Source: an uncultured bacterium | GTDB taxonomy: Bacteria; Patescibacteriota; Minisyncoccia; Phycocordibacterales; UBA9973 | Direction of reading: 5' to 3' | DNA: 60,416 bases | Assembly: GCA_903838985.1 (NCBI GenBank) | Contig: CAIMAO010000024.1 | Span: forward strand, 1 to 60,416 | Shown here: positions 56,870 through 60,416 of the stretch, piece by piece | Position numbering within the stretch: the stretch's first letter is position 1 | Layout of the letters: every line of letters begins with the position of its first letter | Made by a program: the position numbers and the translations under genes | The notes under the pieces: generated by a model | Told to the model about the DNA's origin: nothing | What the model saw: only the letters and a program-made list of their open reading frames with translations | Database searches by the model: none

Positions 56870-58767
56870 AGTCTAGTTTCACACACAAAATAAAATTCCT
56901 TTTTTGGATAATATTTGCTCTCGTTGTGGGTATATTTTTCACGTCTTTTTTATTAAATAAAATAAATTACGGAAAAATAATTAATCAAAATCAAAACACA
57001 GCAACAGCCTTAGAATCCACAAAATTACCTGGAACAACAATCTCTCAAAATACTACAAATTCATATTTTGTAAAAGATATAAATCAAAAACCAAAAGTCT
57101 CAGCACTTGCTTATCTAGTCGGAGACCTAGATACTGGGGAAATTATTTTAGAAAAAAATAAAGAAGAACAATACCCCATCGCTTCAGTCTCCAAACTCAT
57201 GACAGCCACAGTGGCCACAGATTTAATACAAAAAGACGATAGTGATATAGCAAAAGTATCTCAAAAAGCATTAAACGCTTTGGGTAAAAATGGAAATTTT
57301 AAAGTCGGGGAAAAAATAAAAGTAACCGATACTTTTTATCCATTACTTTTAGAATCTAGTAATGATGCAGCTGAAATAATAGCCGAATATTTCAAAAGAG
57401 ATTCATTTATTAAAATGATGAATCAAACAGCTTTAAAATTAGAATTAAACAAAACTTCTTTTGAAGATCCAAGCGGCCTTTCTAAAAACAATAAATCAAC
57501 TGTACTAGACATGTTTAAATTGGCAGGATATATAAATCAACAAAAACCAGAATTATTCAAAATAACAACTCAAAAAAGCTATTCAAACAAAAAACACAAT
57601 TGGTTTAGCATAAATCAATTTTTAGATGAAAAAAATTATACCGGTGGTAAAAGTGGCTACACAGACCCTGCTCAACAAACTGTAATCTCTACTTTTTCTA
57701 TTCCACTTGGAGAAACAGGTACACGCCATATAGCTATCACTCTTTTACAAAGTAAAGATAGACATAAAGATGTCGAGGATATCTTAAAATATTTAAACAA
57801 AAATATTTATTATGGAGGAGAAGCAGATGCAAATACAGCTTGGGTCAAAGAAAGAACAGACATGCCTGTAGTCTATGATCAAGATTATGCAACCTTGATG
57901 TTTGGTGGAGACATAATGCTTGATCGTGGAGTAAAAAATTCTGTAAATAAAAATTTTAATGGTGACTATTCTGTCCTTTTTGAAAAATTAGGTATCCTCA
58001 AAAAATCAGACATAGCTTTTGTTAATCTGGAAGGTCCAGCATCTGACGTCGGTAAAGATATGCACAACCTTTATTCTTTCAGAATGGATCAATCTGTAAT
58101 TCCTGCACTTAGAGGAGCTGGAGTATCTGTAATTTCTGTGGCTAATAATCATGTTGGAGATTGGGGGCGCGATGCATATGTAGACACACTAAATAATCTA
58201 AAAGAAAATGAAATCTTGTACGCAGGAGGAGGGTTAAATGACACCGAAGCTGAAAAACCTGTGGTAATTGAAAAATATGGTATAAAAATAGGATATTTAG
58301 CATTTTCTGATGTGGGACCAAATTGGATGGAAGCCGACAAAGAAAAAGCTGGCTTGCTTCTCGCCAACAATCCACGTTTTGACGAAATAATTAAAAATGC
58401 TTCAAAACAAGTTGACTATCTAGTCGTCTCTTTCCATTTTGGAGAAGAATACAAAACAAAACATAATACTAGACAAGAAAATTTAGCACATAAAGCCATA
58501 GATGATGGTGCAAAGATAGTAGTAGGTGCCCACCCACACGTAGTGGAAGACACTGAAGTTTATAAAAATGGTTTCATTGCTTATTCTCTAGGTAATTTTA
58601 TTTTTGATCAAGCTTTTTCAAAAGATACAATGCAAGGCATGCTTCTTGAAATTAAATTAGGCAGAGACGGTAGTTTGTCTACAAAAAAAGATACTGTAAA
58701 ATTAAATAACTTTTTCCAGCCAGAAAAAGTTATTATAGGAAAAGAAGAAAAAATTAAATTTAAATAA
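56866..58767 (+). CDS. D-Ala-D-Ala carboxypeptidase (S11) fused to a CapA/PGA_cap domain
   Basis: SVSK, SSN, KSG motifs; then GGDIM, NLE, ANNH..D, HFG.E, GAHPHV, YSLGNF. Confidence 0.85.
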   Translation: MKSSFTHKIKFLFWIIFALVVGIFFTSFLLNKINYGKIINQNQNTATALESTKLPGTTISQNTTNSYFVKDINQKPKVSALAYLVGDLDTGEIILEKNKEEQYPIASVSKLMTATVATDLIQKDDSDIAKVSQKALNALGKNGNFKVGEKIKVTDTFYPLLLESSNDAAEIIAEYFKRDSFIKMMNQTALKLELNKTSFEDPSGLSKNNKSTVLDMFKLAGYINQQKPELFKITTQKSYSNKKHNWFSINQFLDEKNYTGGKSGYTDPAQQTVISTFSIPLGETGTRHIAITLLQSKDRHKDVEDILKYLNKNIYYGGEADANTAWVKERTDMPVVYDQDYATLMFGGDIMLDRGVKNSVNKNFNGDYSVLFEKLGILKKSDIAFVNLEGPASDVGKDMHNLYSFRMDQSVIPALRGAGVSVISVANNHVGDWGRDAYVDTLNNLKENEILYAGGGLNDTEAEKPVVIEKYGIKIGYLAFSDVGPNWMEADKEKAGLLLANNPRFDEIIKNASKQVDYLVVSFHFGEEYKTKHNTRQENLAHKAIDDGAKIVVGAHPHVVEDTEVYKNGFIAYSLGNFIFDQAFSKDTMQGMLLEIKLGRDGSLSTKKDTVKLNNFFQPEKVIIGKEEKIKFK

Positions 58768-58820
58768 AAATAAATTGGGTTAATGTTGTAATAACATCAA
58801 CCCAATTTTTTAAACCTCTT

Positions 58821-59222
58821 TTAAGACACAATTTTTGGTAAAATTTCTGGTATATATTCTCCAATCTTTTCCAGAAAATCTTGTTTAGAAATTGGTTTAG
58901 CAAGCCAAGCAGTCGCACCAGAACGGAGACATTCTTCTTTATCTCCTTTCAGATTGCCGTGAGAAGAACAAATTATTATTGGAACATTTTCATATCCAAC
59001 AATATCTCTTATTGCTTTGGTAGCATCAAGCCCGTTCATAACCGCCATTACTTTATCCATCAAGATAAGGTCAAATTTTTCGTTAGTGGCAATAATATCT
59101 AACGCTTCTTTACCATTACATGCAATAGTAATATTATTTAAACCACTCCCTCTGAGAATACGAGAAAATGCGAGACGTGCATGTTCGTATGCTTCGACGA
59201 ACAAGATCCTATGATTTTCCAT
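58821..59222 (-). CDS. Single-domain response regulator (CheY-like)
   Basis: 'DLILMD...MNG','PIIICS','KP'. Confidence 0.8.
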   Translation of the reverse strand: MENHRILFVEAYEHARLAFSRILRGSGLNNITIACNGKEALDIIATNEKFDLILMDKVMAVMNGLDATKAIRDIVGYENVPIIICSSHGNLKGDKEECLRSGATAWLAKPISKQDFLEKIGEYIPEILPKIVS

Positions 59223-59312
59223 AGTTATCTTTCTTTTTTGTTATTAAATCGTTATTTACAAAGTTCCATTTTTATCAAACTACATCTTTTTTATAGAGAA
59301 GTCAAATACAAT

Positions 59313-60416
59313 TTATTTTGCTATTGCAGCGGCTTCGTCGAGCTTTACAGATAGGAGTTTTGAAGAACCGTCAGATCCGACAGTCACACCATACAAAATT
59401 CCAGCCCTAGACATAGTTTCCCTATTATGAGTGACCACAATGAGCTGAGAACGATGAGAAAGCTTTTCAAGCATATCTCCATATTTACGAGAATTTGCTT
59501 CGTCTAACGCTGCATCTGTCTCGTCTAATACCAAGAAAGGAGGAGGATTAACCTGCGACATAGCAAAGAGAAGAGCAATAGAGGTGAGAGATCTTTCTCC
59601 TCCTGAAAGTGCATTTAATTCTTTCACTTTTTTATGTGGCAAAGAAATATCAATTTCTATTCCTTGCTCAAAGACAATCTCCTCTGGATCCTCACCCTCC
59701 AATTCTTCTGTCCCTCTTTTCTTTTTATTTTCAATCACAACAGATAGATGTGCCTCCCCTCCACCAAACATAAGTGAGAAAAAGTTATTAAATTCTACAT
59801 TTATTTTTTTAATTCCTTCTTTAAATTCTATATCAATCTTTTCTTTCAAGTCTGACATCAATTTACGAATAGATTCTATGCTTACAGACAAATCTTCCAT
59901 TTCTTTTGCAAGAAAAGCATCTCTCCTTAAAACTTCTTCAAATTCTTTTAATACTTCAGACCCACTATTTAGTCCAGCGTCTTCTAATTTTATTTTAATT
60001 CTTTCTATTTTTCTTCTTAATTCTTCTTGGTCATCCTTATTTATTTCCTCTCCTATTTCAAAATTTTTATAAGATAAAATCTCAACACCTATCAATATAG
60101 ATCCTTCTTTTATCTCATTTTCAAAATCTTCTATTTGTTTTTTTAGATTTTCTTCTTTTACAGCTAACACATTTAACAATGAAGAAAGTTCTTGATTTTT
60201 AACTCTAAGATCAAATTTTTCTTTTTCTTTTGTATGTAGAACTTCATTTTCCTGATTTATTTCATTCTTTAAAATCTGAATTTTTTCAATAATTTTCTTT
60301 TCTTCATTTCTTATATTCTCCATCTCAGATAAAATATCTTGTTGACTATTTTTTAAATCCTGTATCTCTGAACTTGGGGTAGAAATTTCTGTCTCACTTT
60401 TTTCTTGATTAAATTC
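59313..60416 (-). CDS. smc: SMC chromosome segregation protein (C-terminal part, partial)
   Basis: Coiled coil, LSGGE, LDE.DAALD, VTH. Confidence 0.9.
   Translation of the reverse strand, partial: EFNQEKSETEISTPSSEIQDLKNSQQDILSEMENIRNEEKKIIEKIQILKNEINQENEVLHTKEKEKFDLRVKNQELSSLLNVLAVKEENLKKQIEDFENEIKEGSILIGVEILSYKNFEIGEEINKDDQEELRRKIERIKIKLEDAGLNSGSEVLKEFEEVLRRDAFLAKEMEDLSVSIESIRKLMSDLKEKIDIEFKEGIKKINVEFNNFFSLMFGGGEAHLSVVIENKKKRGTEELEGEDPEEIVFEQGIEIDISLPHKKVKELNALSGGERSLTSIALLFAMSQVNPPPFLVLDETDAALDEANSRKYGDMLEKLSHRSQLIVVTHNRETMSRAGILYGVTVGSDGSSKLLSVKLDEAAAIAK

Noticed and set aside
24964-60072. Many 60-160 aa ORFs antisense to or out of frame within nrdJ, tgt, mreB, copA, dnaG, rpoBC, rnr and smc
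   Set aside because: Shadow ORFs of well-supported genes, with no recognisable motifs.
1-60416. Alternative genetic code (UGA=Gly, as in Gracilibacteria/Absconditabacteria)
   Set aside because: Core genes are full length under code 11 and TGA acts as a stop (e.g. 12277, 19644, 56869).

Overview
AT-rich chromosomal segment, most likely from a Patescibacteria/CPR (Parcubacteria-like) bacterium. The basis for this is gene content and order: a Cys-rich CPR-type protein, class II RNR, short ProS, rpsP-khpA-trmD without rimM, and rpoB-rpoC-dnaG-rpoD. The right two-thirds is core genome: a lipid cluster, mltG, tRNA-Ala, RNase P RNA, nrdJ, tgt, mreBC, proS, rpsB-tsf, tRNA-Thr, a CsoR-CopA copper operon, rpoD/dnaG/rpoC/rpoB, trmD, rpsP, rnr and smc. 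The most striking feature is a ~10.6 kb array (8341-18921) directly downstream of tRNA-Asn. It holds 15 direct copies of a ~27-31 bp site (consensus CTCC-TGCTC-CGAACTTGGGAGGATGTTCGAA) separating 15 unrelated units of 64-1348 bp, 14 of them carrying one or two small genes. The TGCTC core is identical to the tRNA-Asn 3' end, copies tend to decay with distance from the tRNA, several cassettes carry their own promoter, shared structured leader and terminator, and no recombinase gene is in the window. This looks like an integron-like, tRNA-anchored gene-capture system; that reading is inference. Also notable: a branched palindromic element inserted in frame in tgt, other palindromic elements, a tRNA-Ala-derived structured element, and a PgpA-CarS-like fusion. 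Coordinates were read by eye and may be off by a few bases.
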